64,000 nt of DNA from an uncultured candidate division Zixibacteria bacterium (GTDB taxonomy: Bacteria; Zixibacteria; MSB-5A5; GN15; PGXB01): the NCBI GenBank assembly GCA_963702205.1, contig OY969724.1, forward strand, positions 1,280,001-1,344,000. The letters are read 5' to 3'. Below the pieces are notes generated by a model. It had not been told where the DNA came from and searched no databases. It saw only the letters and a list, made by a program, of their open reading frames with translations. The number at the start of each line of letters is the position of its first letter. Position 1 is the stretch's first letter. A program made the position numbers and the translations under genes. This document shows positions 40,001 to 48,704 of the stretch, piece after piece.

Positions 40001-40459
40001 AGAAGATCATTGATGGCGTTGGGTCCGTTTTATGACATGGACGATTCCACCCTGTTGAACGTCCTTAACATTACCGACCGAATCAGCTCCGATTACGAAC
40101 GCTCGCAGATTCTTAAAGATATGGTCAGTGAAGTGAATCGCAGCCCACAGGTTCGTAAGGCGTTGTTGAATTCGGTCGACGACATAAGATCTGACTATGA
40201 ATCATCCAGAATATTGCAAGATATAATCGACAAGCTCAGCTTCGATGATGAAGACGCCGCCCGGGATATTTTAGCCCAGGCGGAGCAGATATCGTCGGAT
40301 TACGAAAAGGCACAGGTTTTGAGCGATTTGATTCCCAATCTCAGGGGCAAAGACAAGCTCGAAAATGACCTGGCCGACGTAATCGAAACGATAAGCTCCG
40401 ATTACGAACGCGACAGACTTTATGCGGAATTATACAGAAAGACACGGGGAAAACGATAA
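37100..40459 (+). CDS. BlaR1-like M56 metallopeptidase with large C-terminal SDYE-repeat region
   Basis: RYKLW, HEMTHLERHD, FFYNP, RELACD; 11 SDYE-like repeats in the C-terminal third. Confidence 0.9.
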   Translation: MEYYFNQFSQFAHGFVGQTAQTLIPAILLTLAVAAALHVLRSVDSAARYKLWLAVMATVIIMPLAATMGPLDFSISNFFDKIAATQNQPIHETAPRTTVSERPVVAKLTDSQNNDAPVEMAALPEANNTTPMVENTVRQNQTPGVASHTEYIPLHKPVKNNYSYSQIILEGFPMIAVIIWMFVFLVLTFRLVLGYRGLKGLKASILPLPQLQMERIDRLTKGLRFKRKMTMGQSDQINVPVSAGFFHSMVIIPTGLAEKLDDRELQSIVVHEMTHLERHDDWMKLIQKFLTALFFYNPAILWIGRRLDLERELACDARVLAIMDQPQVYARCLTKMIQRTIVPVEPTLVTGAILSKKQIFRRIDMILNRKLNSRPIPFGKFAGLVVSILVIAMVAFYTAPALAWPYHPFKFSVIADFVKEKSDSSTATIFHSEKNDKWQRVSLPKTPYIYDIDENTQQVLDTEKLEKQLDAALKAAELDAPDVPNVKDPKIAVPDIDIKPIEPLAPEAERESKSETRFRRSDDYVIDSPNADDGKDSVGGDDGEAYLRQLSKADAKYAEAYGEAMQDYYADKAESARDQEESAAEARRAYAEASASADRVSGIGNAIGRAVKDVENMFNATDGDHYSMIHHDDDGSVAYDWQNGADKTRVEIEGELKMNDDCDEIVQMSDDARVQIYEKKDGVRRELKIIPNADGTPSYAYRYSGKKQDFDDNAREWYRQVMLDCVRKAGFNAAERAEKIYNKDGIDGVLKELNEVESDYVSRLYLSHLIQNFDLKDAELGQIIKYITRNLDSDYEKAEILLSIADVQKDEKFLLDDFVMAAKSLSSDYERGRVLSRLSLDSNVSNGVLIGVLEIAESMDSDYERAKLLSQLSDLQRDDPEFRYALIRAIETISSDYERSRVLQQLLSERQPNKAIASDVLKLVGDMSSDYEKSKLLIYLAGHSARDQNLFRAYLSVIESMSSNYEIRRSLMALGPFYDMDDSTLLNVLNITDRISSDYERSQILKDMVSEVNRSPQVRKALLNSVDDIRSDYESSRILQDIIDKLSFDDEDAARDILAQAEQISSDYEKAQVLSDLIPNLRGKDKLENDLADVIETISSDYERDRLYAELYRKTRGKR

Positions 40460-40484
40460 AGAAGAAATCCCTGTACACCCGTGG

Positions 40485-40513
40485 AACCCCGGTTTTCGAC
40501 CGGGGTTTTTTTT
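40485..40513 (+). terminator. Intrinsic terminator
   Basis: AACCCCGG-loop-CCGGGGTT followed by a T run. Confidence 0.85.
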
Positions 40514-40577
40514 GCGTTTTTTTGATCTTTTGAAGATTGCCGGTGTTATATCGTCAAAACCAAAACAGAGGTGTGAT

Positions 40578-40949
40578 ATGAAACTCAGCTCGATAACTAT
40601 GGTATATGCGATATTGTTGATCCTCCTGGGACTGATCGGGTTTTTCGCTTTCGGCCGGACCAGTTTTACGGCTTTGATTCCGGCCTTTCTGGGTGTACTG
40701 GTACTTATCGCCGGGTGGCTTGCCCGGGATGAAAAATTGCGGCGCAGCGCCATGCACGCGGCGGCGGCGTTAAGCTTATTGGGATTTCTGGGGGCGGTCA
40801 GCGGGGTGATGCCGACCGTAAAGCTGATAGCGGGAGCGGAAATCGTCCGACCGGCAGCGGCGATAAGTAAAACCATTATGAGCCTGTTGTCGCTGGCTTT
40901 TTTGATACTGTGTGTGAATTCGTTTATACAGGCGAGGCGGAAGACTTGA
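40578..40949 (+). CDS. Small multi-TM membrane protein (TMEM14-like)
   Basis: YAILLILLGLIG..SFTALIPA..AMH..SFIQARR; GAGG RBS. Confidence 0.75.
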   Translation: MKLSSITMVYAILLILLGLIGFFAFGRTSFTALIPAFLGVLVLIAGWLARDEKLRRSAMHAAAALSLLGFLGAVSGVMPTVKLIAGAEIVRPAAAISKTIMSLLSLAFLILCVNSFIQARRKT

Positions 40950-40968
40950 CATTGTGTCCTGTTGAATG

Positions 40969-41487
40969 TCAGCCCATTGTTGCCTTCAGATTTTCAAGAT
41001 AGCGTTTGACCTCCGCCGGCTTCTTAAATTCGATGAAAGTGTTTCCCTTGAAGTGCTTCTTGATTTTTTCCTCGATTTCTATTTTGTGTCGCCGGTTAAA
41101 CCGCAGAGTAAATTTGAAGAAGATGAAGTCGAATTTCTCCGGGCAGCCGTCGCCCATGTCAGGCCGATTCCGACCGTAATTGAGGATGAGTCGTTTTATT
41201 ACCCGCCACAGGCTTAGAGCGGTCGAATAGTTATGGTACAGGATTGTATCGGCGTACGGCAGCCTCATTTCCAGCGTTCTGACGTAATTACCGTCGATTA
41301 TCCATGTTTCCCCTCTCACCAGATCGGGCTGTAGCGATTCCCAGTACTTATCATTCGGCATAATCCAGCCGGGCTGCCAGTGGAGTTTGTCGAGGTGGAT
41401 GACCGGATAGCCGAGCATTTCACCCAGCTTGATCGCCAGGGTCGATTTGCCGGAGCCGGGATTACCTAATATGAGAATTTTTTTCAT
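40969..41487 (-). CDS. FlaR-like/adenylate-kinase-like P-loop protein
   Basis: GNPGSGKST, HLDKLHWQPGW, WIIDGNY, GCPEKFD. Confidence 0.88.
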   Translation of the reverse strand: MKKILILGNPGSGKSTLAIKLGEMLGYPVIHLDKLHWQPGWIMPNDKYWESLQPDLVRGETWIIDGNYVRTLEMRLPYADTILYHNYSTALSLWRVIKRLILNYGRNRPDMGDGCPEKFDFIFFKFTLRFNRRHKIEIEEKIKKHFKGNTFIEFKKPAEVKRYLENLKATMG

Positions 41488-41593
41488 CTGCTATTTTTTT
41501 ATTACTAATCATGAAGAATCCTTCAATCTTACATTGAATTATGAAGAATGGCAAATGGTTTGACATTTATTTTGCAAATTCGTTTTTTGTATT

Positions 41594-42421
41594 ATGCAAG
41601 TCATTGATTTAACGAATAAATATCGGAGCGATTTCATTGAAAATCGTGACAGGGCGGCTTATGAAAGCTCGTTTCCCGAATTGTTCGATCATTATTACCG
41701 TTTCTGGACAAAGAAAGAATATGATCTCGCGGGAATAGGCGATGACGCGATCAATACCCGCAAGAGCTGGATTGAAAAACATCTGGAATATCTGACCAGA
41801 ATTTTAAAAGAGCGAGACCTTGAATATCAGAAAATCAAAATCGTCAATTTTGTCGGGGTCGGGGCCACTAATGGCCATGCCTTCAGGCTGGAAGACGAAT
41901 TTTTCGTCTGGCTCCCGCTGGAGACTTATACTTCAGAAGAACTGGTGAAAATATTCGTAACGCACGAACTGGCTCATGCCCTGCATTATCGGGGCTGCCC
42001 GTCGTTTTATTTTGATACGGCCGATGACAAGATCAGGCTGGCGCGCCTTCTTGTCACCGAGGGCCTCGCCACCTTTTTAACTCGGGAGCTGCTGGGTGTT
42101 TCAGACATGGAGGCGCTTTGGGCGGATTATCTTGACGATACCGCCGCCCGAACCTGGTGGCAGGCCTGCCTGAGCCGGGAGCCGCAACTTTTGGCTCAAA
42201 TTGCCGATAATTATTTTAAGAGTGATCCGGGGCAGGAATTATTCCACGCCAACGACTCAAATGACGTTTTAAAATTCCGCGCCGGGTATTATGCGGGCCT
42301 GAAACTTGTCGGGCAGTACGCGAAAATTCACGGATTGACAATAACTGAACTTCTGGGGCTGAAAAGAGATCAATTTGAGCAGGGTATTTTATCCCAAATG
42401 CGGGAAAATAACAATGATTAA
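41594..42421 (+). CDS. DUF2268-like putative Zn-dependent protease
   Basis: HELAH, downstream EGLA, GYYAG. Confidence 0.75.
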   Translation: MQVIDLTNKYRSDFIENRDRAAYESSFPELFDHYYRFWTKKEYDLAGIGDDAINTRKSWIEKHLEYLTRILKERDLEYQKIKIVNFVGVGATNGHAFRLEDEFFVWLPLETYTSEELVKIFVTHELAHALHYRGCPSFYFDTADDKIRLARLLVTEGLATFLTRELLGVSDMEALWADYLDDTAARTWWQACLSREPQLLAQIADNYFKSDPGQELFHANDSNDVLKFRAGYYAGLKLVGQYAKIHGLTITELLGLKRDQFEQGILSQMRENNND

Positions 42422-42941
42422 AAGTTACATTTTGATTACGGCGCTGATCTCATTGTTGTTCGCTGCCATAGCCGCCAATGAAAAAGGTTTGATTCATCCC
42501 GCTCCCGGAAAAATGCCGCCCCGATCCATACCGGGAATCGTGGTCGTGGACAATTACCCCAACGCCTGTGTCGATTGCCATGTTAATTACACGGATATGA
42601 AGCTGGATTTACGTTTCACCACCCTGATGAAGCAACTGAGCCGACAGGTCGACTCAAGTCTTCTGGTCAAAGCGCAGGCGGCCGCGCCGGCCGGGATGAC
42701 GCTCGAAGGAAAACACCCGGATATTATTGAATCGGCAAAAAGAATCCCCGAAGACTGCTTTCTGTGTCATTATCGTGAAACGACCATGGCGCCCCCGTTT
42801 TCCCGCATGATGCATCTGCTGCACCTCACCGGAGGCAAAGACAATCTGTTCATGACGCTCTTCCAGGGTGAGTGTACCCACTGCCACAAGCTCAATATGA
42901 ACTCCGGCCAGTGGACGGTGCCCAGCGGCAGGGAGGATTGA
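42414..42941 (+). CDS. Secreted triheme cytochrome c
   Basis: Signal peptide; CVDCH, CFLCH, CTHCH. Confidence 0.85.
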   Translation: MIKSYILITALISLLFAAIAANEKGLIHPAPGKMPPRSIPGIVVVDNYPNACVDCHVNYTDMKLDLRFTTLMKQLSRQVDSSLLVKAQAAAPAGMTLEGKHPDIIESAKRIPEDCFLCHYRETTMAPPFSRMMHLLHLTGGKDNLFMTLFQGECTHCHKLNMNSGQWTVPSGRED

Positions 42942-43025
42942 TTCTCCTGATCACCGAGTACGCCGGCGGCGCTGATGATATATTCCCCGATAAAATTAAA
43001 ATGGATGGACCGTCGCCCGGACGGC

Positions 43026-43451
43026 TCAATGAGACCCTCAGCCGGGTCCGCAGTGCTCACAGGCCTTAACTTTCTCGGCATTCAGATCGATACTGATTTC
43101 GGCGTCTATGATTATGTTTTCGCGATCGTATTCGATTCCGGCGATGGTGCAGGCACTGCCGACCCCGCCGGGGGAAAGTCCGAGGAAAACCCGAATGACG
43201 GTTTGGATGGCGTTGAAATGTTTCAGCTTCAGGAATTCTTCGATGTCGTCGCGGCTGAAACTGGTCGCCGCGAAGGCGAATTGATTTTGCCCGATAATAT
43301 TGTCTATGTGCTGGCCGATCACCCGGTCGTGCAGCAGCGATTCGGTCCCGATGCCGCCGCCACAGGTCTTCTTGGAGAACTGGTACGACACGACCCGATC
43401 ATCGTTGTCGATCGAGAGCCTGATTCTTTCGGTAATGTCGCCGCAGGGCAT
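43026..43451 (-). CDS. Cys-rich hypothetical protein, candidate selenoprotein (TGA 43040-43038 read as Sec)
   Basis: GAGG RBS; ends CEHCGPG-TGA-GSH-TGA with a downstream hairpin at 43025-43009; conventional ORF is 43038-43451. Confidence 0.65.
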
Positions 43452-43737
43452 TTATTTTATCCTCAAATTAATGGCCATAAATATAATAGTGGGCCGTAAT
43501 AGTCTATATTATGTATTGCGCGCGAAAAGTCAATACTCAAGATTAAAGGCAGGCCGCCTTTTTCGAGCGGTGGCTCGCCGGAGGAATTTATGTCATGGAG
43601 GCTGTCATTTGGCTGGTCCCCGACCGCCGCATCGAACGGGTGCCGGGTGATGAAAATTAGTAAAATTGACGAATTCAAACAGGTAAAGATGGTTCGGTCG
43701 ACGTATAAAATATAATATCTGAAAATAGGACCTAAAT

Positions 43738-44373
43738 ATGCATTCAATAGTCAACTTACCCTCATTCGTATTGGCCGGGATATTACTGAATCTGACGCCC
43801 GGACAAGACACTATGTATATCCTGGGTAGATCCATCTCGCAGGGCCGCAAAGCCGGATTTTTTTCCGCGCTCGGTATCGGAACCGGATCTTTGTTCCATA
43901 TCGCCGCCTCGGCGTTTGGACTGTCAGCCATCTTATTGAGCTCGGCCCTCATATTTACGGTTATAAAATTTATCGGCGCCGGATATCTCATATATTTGGG
44001 AATAAGAATGGCCTCGGGAAAAGGCAGTTTTCCGGCCGATGGTGAATTCAATCGGTCGTCCCGAGCGAGTTATCTGAAGATTTACAAACAGGCCATTCTG
44101 ACTAATGTCTTGAACCCAAAAGTCGCGCTGTTCTTCCTCGCGTTTCTTCCTCAGTTCATTGATCCGTCAAAAGCAGATGGGCCAACCCCGTTTCTAATTC
44201 TCGGTGGCATCTTTTTAACAACAGGCACAATCTGGTGTTTGATTGTTGCCCGTTTTTCGGCATTTTTGGCGCAAAGGCTTCGCGGAAACGCCGTATTTTC
44301 GAGATATATCAGGAAATGCTGCGGGGGGCTTTTCGTTTTACTTGGAATTAAGCTCGCTCTTGAAAAAGGCTGA
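43738..44373 (+). CDS. LysE/RhtB family amino-acid exporter
   Basis: TPGQD, GRKAG, GAGYLIYLG, TNVLNPKVALFFLAFLPQF. Confidence 0.93.
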   Translation: MHSIVNLPSFVLAGILLNLTPGQDTMYILGRSISQGRKAGFFSALGIGTGSLFHIAASAFGLSAILLSSALIFTVIKFIGAGYLIYLGIRMASGKGSFPADGEFNRSSRASYLKIYKQAILTNVLNPKVALFFLAFLPQFIDPSKADGPTPFLILGGIFLTTGTIWCLIVARFSAFLAQRLRGNAVFSRYIRKCCGGLFVLLGIKLALEKG

Positions 44374-44586
44374 ATAAATTACTTAAGATTCAAATGTCTT
44401 GTTGCCCGAAATTTTCCTGCCGCGTCCGCCCCATCAAAGAAAAACTTCATGAAAGGGTTCATGACGGTGCTCAGAATATATTATTGTCCGAAATTGATAA
44501 GTCTTGAGGAGATTAGGTCATTGTATCAACCATTTTGGACTTTTCTTCGGCTTGCGCGCGAGACGGGATAAGCCTATATTTGCCAC

Positions 44587-45369
44587 ATGGCCGACAACGA
44601 AAATCATCGGAACGATATAAATATTGATTCTTCTCATCCGTGCGGTGATCCGCAGAAGCAGGATATCGCCCGGCGTATCAGAACGTACCAGATGCAGCTG
44701 CGATGGTTGGCTTCGGAGCTGTCTCTGGCCGAAGCCCGGGAACGGCGTGAGATTGCCTCCGATCTGCATGATCATATCGGCCAGGCGCTGGCGTATGTTT
44801 CTCAGAGAGTGGCCCTGCTTCAGGGCAACGCCGTCTTTTCCGGCATGGAAGAGAATTTCGCCGACATTCTCAAAATTCTGGACCAGACCATCCGTTATAC
44901 CCGCGACCTGACGGTCGCCATAAGCCCCCCGGTACTGTATGAATTAGGGCTCCCCGCCGCCATTGACTGGCTGGCCGAAAGGGCCCTGCATCGACACAAT
45001 ATGTCAGTAAAGTCGTCGCAAAGCGGATCACCTCGCGATGTTTCAGAGGGTGTCAGAGTTTTCATATTTAAGGCCCTGCAGGAGTTGATCACCAACGCGG
45101 CCAAACATTCCGGGGCGAAACAAATATCGGTCCGGACCGAATGGAAGAATACCGGCCTGCTAATCGAAGTCAGTGATGACGGCTGCGGATTCGATACATC
45201 CACCTTCGAAAACGCTTTATCCGATAATTGCTGTTTCGGTCTGTTCAGTATCCGCGAACGATTGTCGTACATCGGCGGCGCGCTCGCAATCGATTCGTCG
45301 CCCGGCCGGGGCACGCGCGTCTCCATTTCGACCCCGTACTCGATAAAACCGGAAGGCGGCGATGATTAA
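44587..45369 (+). CDS. HisKA_3 (NarX-type) histidine kinase lacking an input domain
   Basis: ERREIASDLHDHIGQ, QELITNAAKHS, DDGCGF, FGLFSIRER. Confidence 0.9.
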   Translation: MADNENHRNDINIDSSHPCGDPQKQDIARRIRTYQMQLRWLASELSLAEARERREIASDLHDHIGQALAYVSQRVALLQGNAVFSGMEENFADILKILDQTIRYTRDLTVAISPPVLYELGLPAAIDWLAERALHRHNMSVKSSQSGSPRDVSEGVRVFIFKALQELITNAAKHSGAKQISVRTEWKNTGLLIEVSDDGCGFDTSTFENALSDNCCFGLFSIRERLSYIGGALAIDSSPGRGTRVSISTPYSIKPEGGDD

Positions 45370-46009
45370 AATTCTGCTGGCCGATGACCATAAGCTGCTG
45401 ATCGACGGGCTTCGTCCGCTTCTGGAAAGGCAGCGCAATCTTCAGGTTGTCGCCGTGGCCCGCGACGGCGTGGAAGCCGCCGAACTGGCGCGGGAGCACC
45501 GGCCCGACATCGCGCTGCTCGATATATCCATGCCCCGGCTGAATGGTCTCGATGCGGCCCGTAAAATTCTGGCCGACGGACAGGACACAAAAGTAATCAT
45601 GCTGTCCATGCATGCCGACCGGAAATTTATAGAGGAATCGCTGCGTATCGGAGCGCGGGGATATTTGCTCAAGGAATCGGCCATTCAGGAAGTCATCGAA
45701 GCTATCGGCACGGTGCAGAAAGGTGAACTGTTTTTCAGCCAGTCCATCCGCGACAAAATGCTGCACGATTATGTCGAAAAAGTCCGCACCGGCGGAGAAG
45801 ATGCAGGGTCACCGCTCAGCGCCCGTGAGCGGGAGGTTCTTCAGCTTCTGGCCGAGGGTAAATCGACCAAAGACATGGCCGACATTCTGCACGTCAGCGT
45901 GAAAACAATAGAGAGCCACCGCAAGCAAATCATGGACAAGCTCGATCTTCACAGTATCGCCGAACTGACCAAGTACGCCATCCGCGAAGGCCTGACAAGG
46001 CTTGATTAA
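45362..46009 (+). CDS. NarL/LuxR family response regulator
   Basis: LLADDH, DISMP, LSAREREVLQLLAEG, KTIESHR. Confidence 0.95.
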   Translation: MIKILLADDHKLLIDGLRPLLERQRNLQVVAVARDGVEAAELAREHRPDIALLDISMPRLNGLDAARKILADGQDTKVIMLSMHADRKFIEESLRIGARGYLLKESAIQEVIEAIGTVQKGELFFSQSIRDKMLHDYVEKVRTGGEDAGSPLSAREREVLQLLAEGKSTKDMADILHVSVKTIESHRKQIMDKLDLHSIAELTKYAIREGLTRLD

Positions 46010-46056
46010 ATCCGGTGAGGCCAATCGGCTTTTCTCGACAGCACCGTTAATCTTAT

Positions 46057-46452
46057 GGCCCACCCAACGGGTGGCGGGCCACTATAATGCACCAGCATTT
46101 TCAGCGGCATCAGAAACCCATTCCTGACGCTTTGCCATTCAATAAAAAACTGTCGGGAAGGGGTTCCCGACAACGCTGCTAAAATCCAATTTAACTGCTA
46201 TAACGCACTCATTCACCCGTTGGGTGAGTTACAAGGATCAAATCCGGCGACGAATTGGACCTGCCGCGAATCGGCGTGACCTGCGGGAAAATTATTTCAG
46301 CGGCGTCAGAAACCCTTGCCTGACGCTTTGTGGATTTAAGGGGAAAACCTTTCGGGAAGGGGTTCCCGACAGCGCTGCTAAACTCTCCAAGAAAAGATGT
46401 CAGGAGCGCCCTTCACTTCGTTCAGGACCTTCGGCACGGCTCCTGACCTACT
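46057..46452. repeat. BIME-like cluster of REP palindromes
   Basis: Two ~87-bp near-identical units (46099-46184, 46295-46382), each an inverted pair of CAGCG..GTC..GAACCC..CC.GAC hairpins; GTAG-type REP on minus strand at 46396-46452. Confidence 0.75.
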
Positions 46453-46569
46453 GTAAGATTCTTGTCCTAATTTTCTATAAGGGATTTCGAAGTCTATAAT
46501 CAGGAAATGCCCTATTTTCAGTTTGCCATTTGTCCGGCATATTGTCGATTGATAAAAAGGAGGATTGGT

Positions 46570-47775
46570 ATGTTTGACACTGGCAATACCGGTTTCATGC
46601 TCGTGGCCACGAGTCTGGTCATGCTGATGACGCCGGGTCTGGCATTCTTCTACGGCGGTCTGGTCGGCCGCAAAAACGTACTTTCGATAATGATACAAAG
46701 TTTCGTCTCGATGGGTGTCACGACCATATTATGGTACGCCGTCGGGTTCTCACTCTGTTTCAGCGGTGGTGAGGGCGGAATTATCGGAAACCTTAATATG
46801 GCCTTCCTGAATGGTGTCGATCCTATGACGGTTTTCGGCGACGGGCAGATACCGATGCTGGTATTTTTCGCCTATCAGATGATGTTTGCGATCATCACGC
46901 CCGCCCTGATAACGGGAGCCTTTTCAAACCGCGTCCGCTTCCCCGCCTATTTATTATTCCTCGTCGCGTGGTTGCTGCTGGTTTATTTCCCGTTCGTACA
47001 CATGATCTGGGGCGGCGGCCTTCTCGCCAAATGGGGTGTCCTCGATTTCGCGGGCGGTATTGCCGTCCATAATATCGCCGGTATGGCCGCCCTGGCCTCG
47101 GTGCTGTTCGTCGGAAAACGGCGGATCGCGGAAAAAGGTCCGCACTCCATTCCGTTGGTCGCACTCGGGACCGGGCTGCTCTGGTTCGGGTGGTACGGTT
47201 TTAACGCCGGCAGCGAACTTCGAGTCGATTCCGTCACGGCTCTGGCGTTCGTCAATACGGACGTCGCGGCGTCCTTCGCCGCCATTACCTGGCTGTTTCT
47301 GGAATGGACACTTATGAAGAAACCGAAATTTGTCGGTCTGTTAACCGGAGCCGTGGCCGGTCTGGCGACCATTACGCCCGCCGCCGCGTACGTTTCGACC
47401 GGGTCGGCGGCTGTAATCGGTCTGACTGCCGGGATCGTCTGCTATACCGCGGTTAGTCTTAAAAACAAACTACACTGGGATGACGCGCTCGACGTCTGGG
47501 GCGTTCACGGTGTCGGCGGAGCGCTGGGAATTATCATGCTCGGGCTGATGGGCAGCACGGCCATAAATCCCGGCGGGGCCAACGGTCTATTTCTCGGCGG
47601 CTCCAACTTCTTCTTCAAACAGCTGGTTGCCGTCCTGGCTTCGTCGGTTTACGCTTTTGTCTTCACGTACGTCATGCTCTGGATCATAAATAAGATCACC
47701 ACCGTCAAGACGACCGAAGCCGAAGAAACCACTCTCGATGAATCGCTCCACGGTGAAACCGCTTACGAGTATTGA
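46570..47775 (+). CDS. amtB: Ammonium transporter
   Basis: LMTPGLAFFYGG, FAIITPAL, DFAGG..VH, LWFGWYGFNAGS, GLATITP, DDALDV..VHG, LHGETAY. Confidence 0.97.
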   Translation: MFDTGNTGFMLVATSLVMLMTPGLAFFYGGLVGRKNVLSIMIQSFVSMGVTTILWYAVGFSLCFSGGEGGIIGNLNMAFLNGVDPMTVFGDGQIPMLVFFAYQMMFAIITPALITGAFSNRVRFPAYLLFLVAWLLLVYFPFVHMIWGGGLLAKWGVLDFAGGIAVHNIAGMAALASVLFVGKRRIAEKGPHSIPLVALGTGLLWFGWYGFNAGSELRVDSVTALAFVNTDVAASFAAITWLFLEWTLMKKPKFVGLLTGAVAGLATITPAAAYVSTGSAAVIGLTAGIVCYTAVSLKNKLHWDDALDVWGVHGVGGALGIIMLGLMGSTAINPGGANGLFLGGSNFFFKQLVAVLASSVYAFVFTYVMLWIINKITTVKTTEAEETTLDESLHGETAYEY

Positions 47776-47799
47776 TGGGTATCAGGAGGATGATAAAAA

Positions 47800-48555
47800 A
47801 TGTCTGACAGACGACGAGCCTGCCGGCCGGTTTCCCTGACGTTAATCATGGCGGTTTTGACAATCTCGGCCACGGCCGGTGCTGAAATCGCGGTGAGGAC
47901 ATCGGTCGACTTTTATAACCGCTATGTTTGGAGGGGGATGGATATAGCGACAACCCCCTCGATTCAACCTGCACTCGCTCTCGATTGCGGCGGAGTCGAA
48001 TTCGGCATTTGGGGGGCGTACACGCTGTCCAATCAGGCTTCGGAATCCGATGAAATCGATTTCTGGCTGAGCTATACTGCGACGCTCAACAACGGCGTGT
48101 CGATTACCGGCACAGCGACCGATTATTATTATCCCAACGCCGGGATCAGGTTTTTCAATTTCAACAACTACGATGCCATGATTGACGATACCATCCCGGA
48201 TCCCGGAGCGCATCTGATCGAGCTGGGACTGTCCTTAGCAGGACCGGAGGCGTTTCCGGTGACGGTCGCGGGGTATGTGAATGTATACAACGACGCCGGG
48301 TCCAACACGTACTTCCAGATCGACTACCCGGTGACCGTAAATGAAACCGATCTTGACTTCTTTTGCGGTGTCGCCGGAGGCAGCAAAGACAATCCGGGCT
48401 ATTACGGCACCGATAATCTTCAGGCAATCAACGTCGGCGTGACGGCCTCTCGGGAAATCATGGTTTCCGAAAGTTTCTCGATGCCGCTGAATGTATCGTT
48501 CATTGTCAACCCGAGGGAAGAGATGTCCTACCTCGTGGTTGGATTGAGCTTTTAG
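47800..48555 (+). CDS. Putative outer-membrane beta-barrel porin (amt-associated type)
   Basis: Signal peptide, RYVWRG, PSIQP, EIDF, C-terminal Phe. Confidence 0.75.
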   Translation: MSDRRRACRPVSLTLIMAVLTISATAGAEIAVRTSVDFYNRYVWRGMDIATTPSIQPALALDCGGVEFGIWGAYTLSNQASESDEIDFWLSYTATLNNGVSITGTATDYYYPNAGIRFFNFNNYDAMIDDTIPDPGAHLIELGLSLAGPEAFPVTVAGYVNVYNDAGSNTYFQIDYPVTVNETDLDFFCGVAGGSKDNPGYYGTDNLQAINVGVTASREIMVSESFSMPLNVSFIVNPREEMSYLVVGLSF

Positions 48556-48587
48556 TTTAAATTAGATTATCGAAGCACTTGCTTGCA

Positions 48588-48618
48588 GCGACCCCGGACA
48601 ATCCGGGGTCGCCTTTTT
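48588..48618 (+). terminator. Intrinsic terminator
   Basis: GCGACCCCGGA-CAA-TCCGGGGTCGC followed by CTTTTT. Confidence 0.85.
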
Positions 48619-48704
48619 AATGTGATCGGAGCCAGAACGTCACGGCTTTCGCCGGGGGGTATTTATAAAAGATATTTCTGTTTTGGGAAATTATAGTACA
48701 TGAG

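Noticed and set aside
42995..43028. Second TGA (43028-43026) as another Sec
   Set aside because: The hairpin starts immediately after it, too close for typical SECIS spacing, and read-through adds only AVRATVHPF; treated as the stop.
46099..46382. Possible CRISPR array
   Set aside because: Only two long units with internal inverted structure, no repeat-spacer periodicity and no cas genes.
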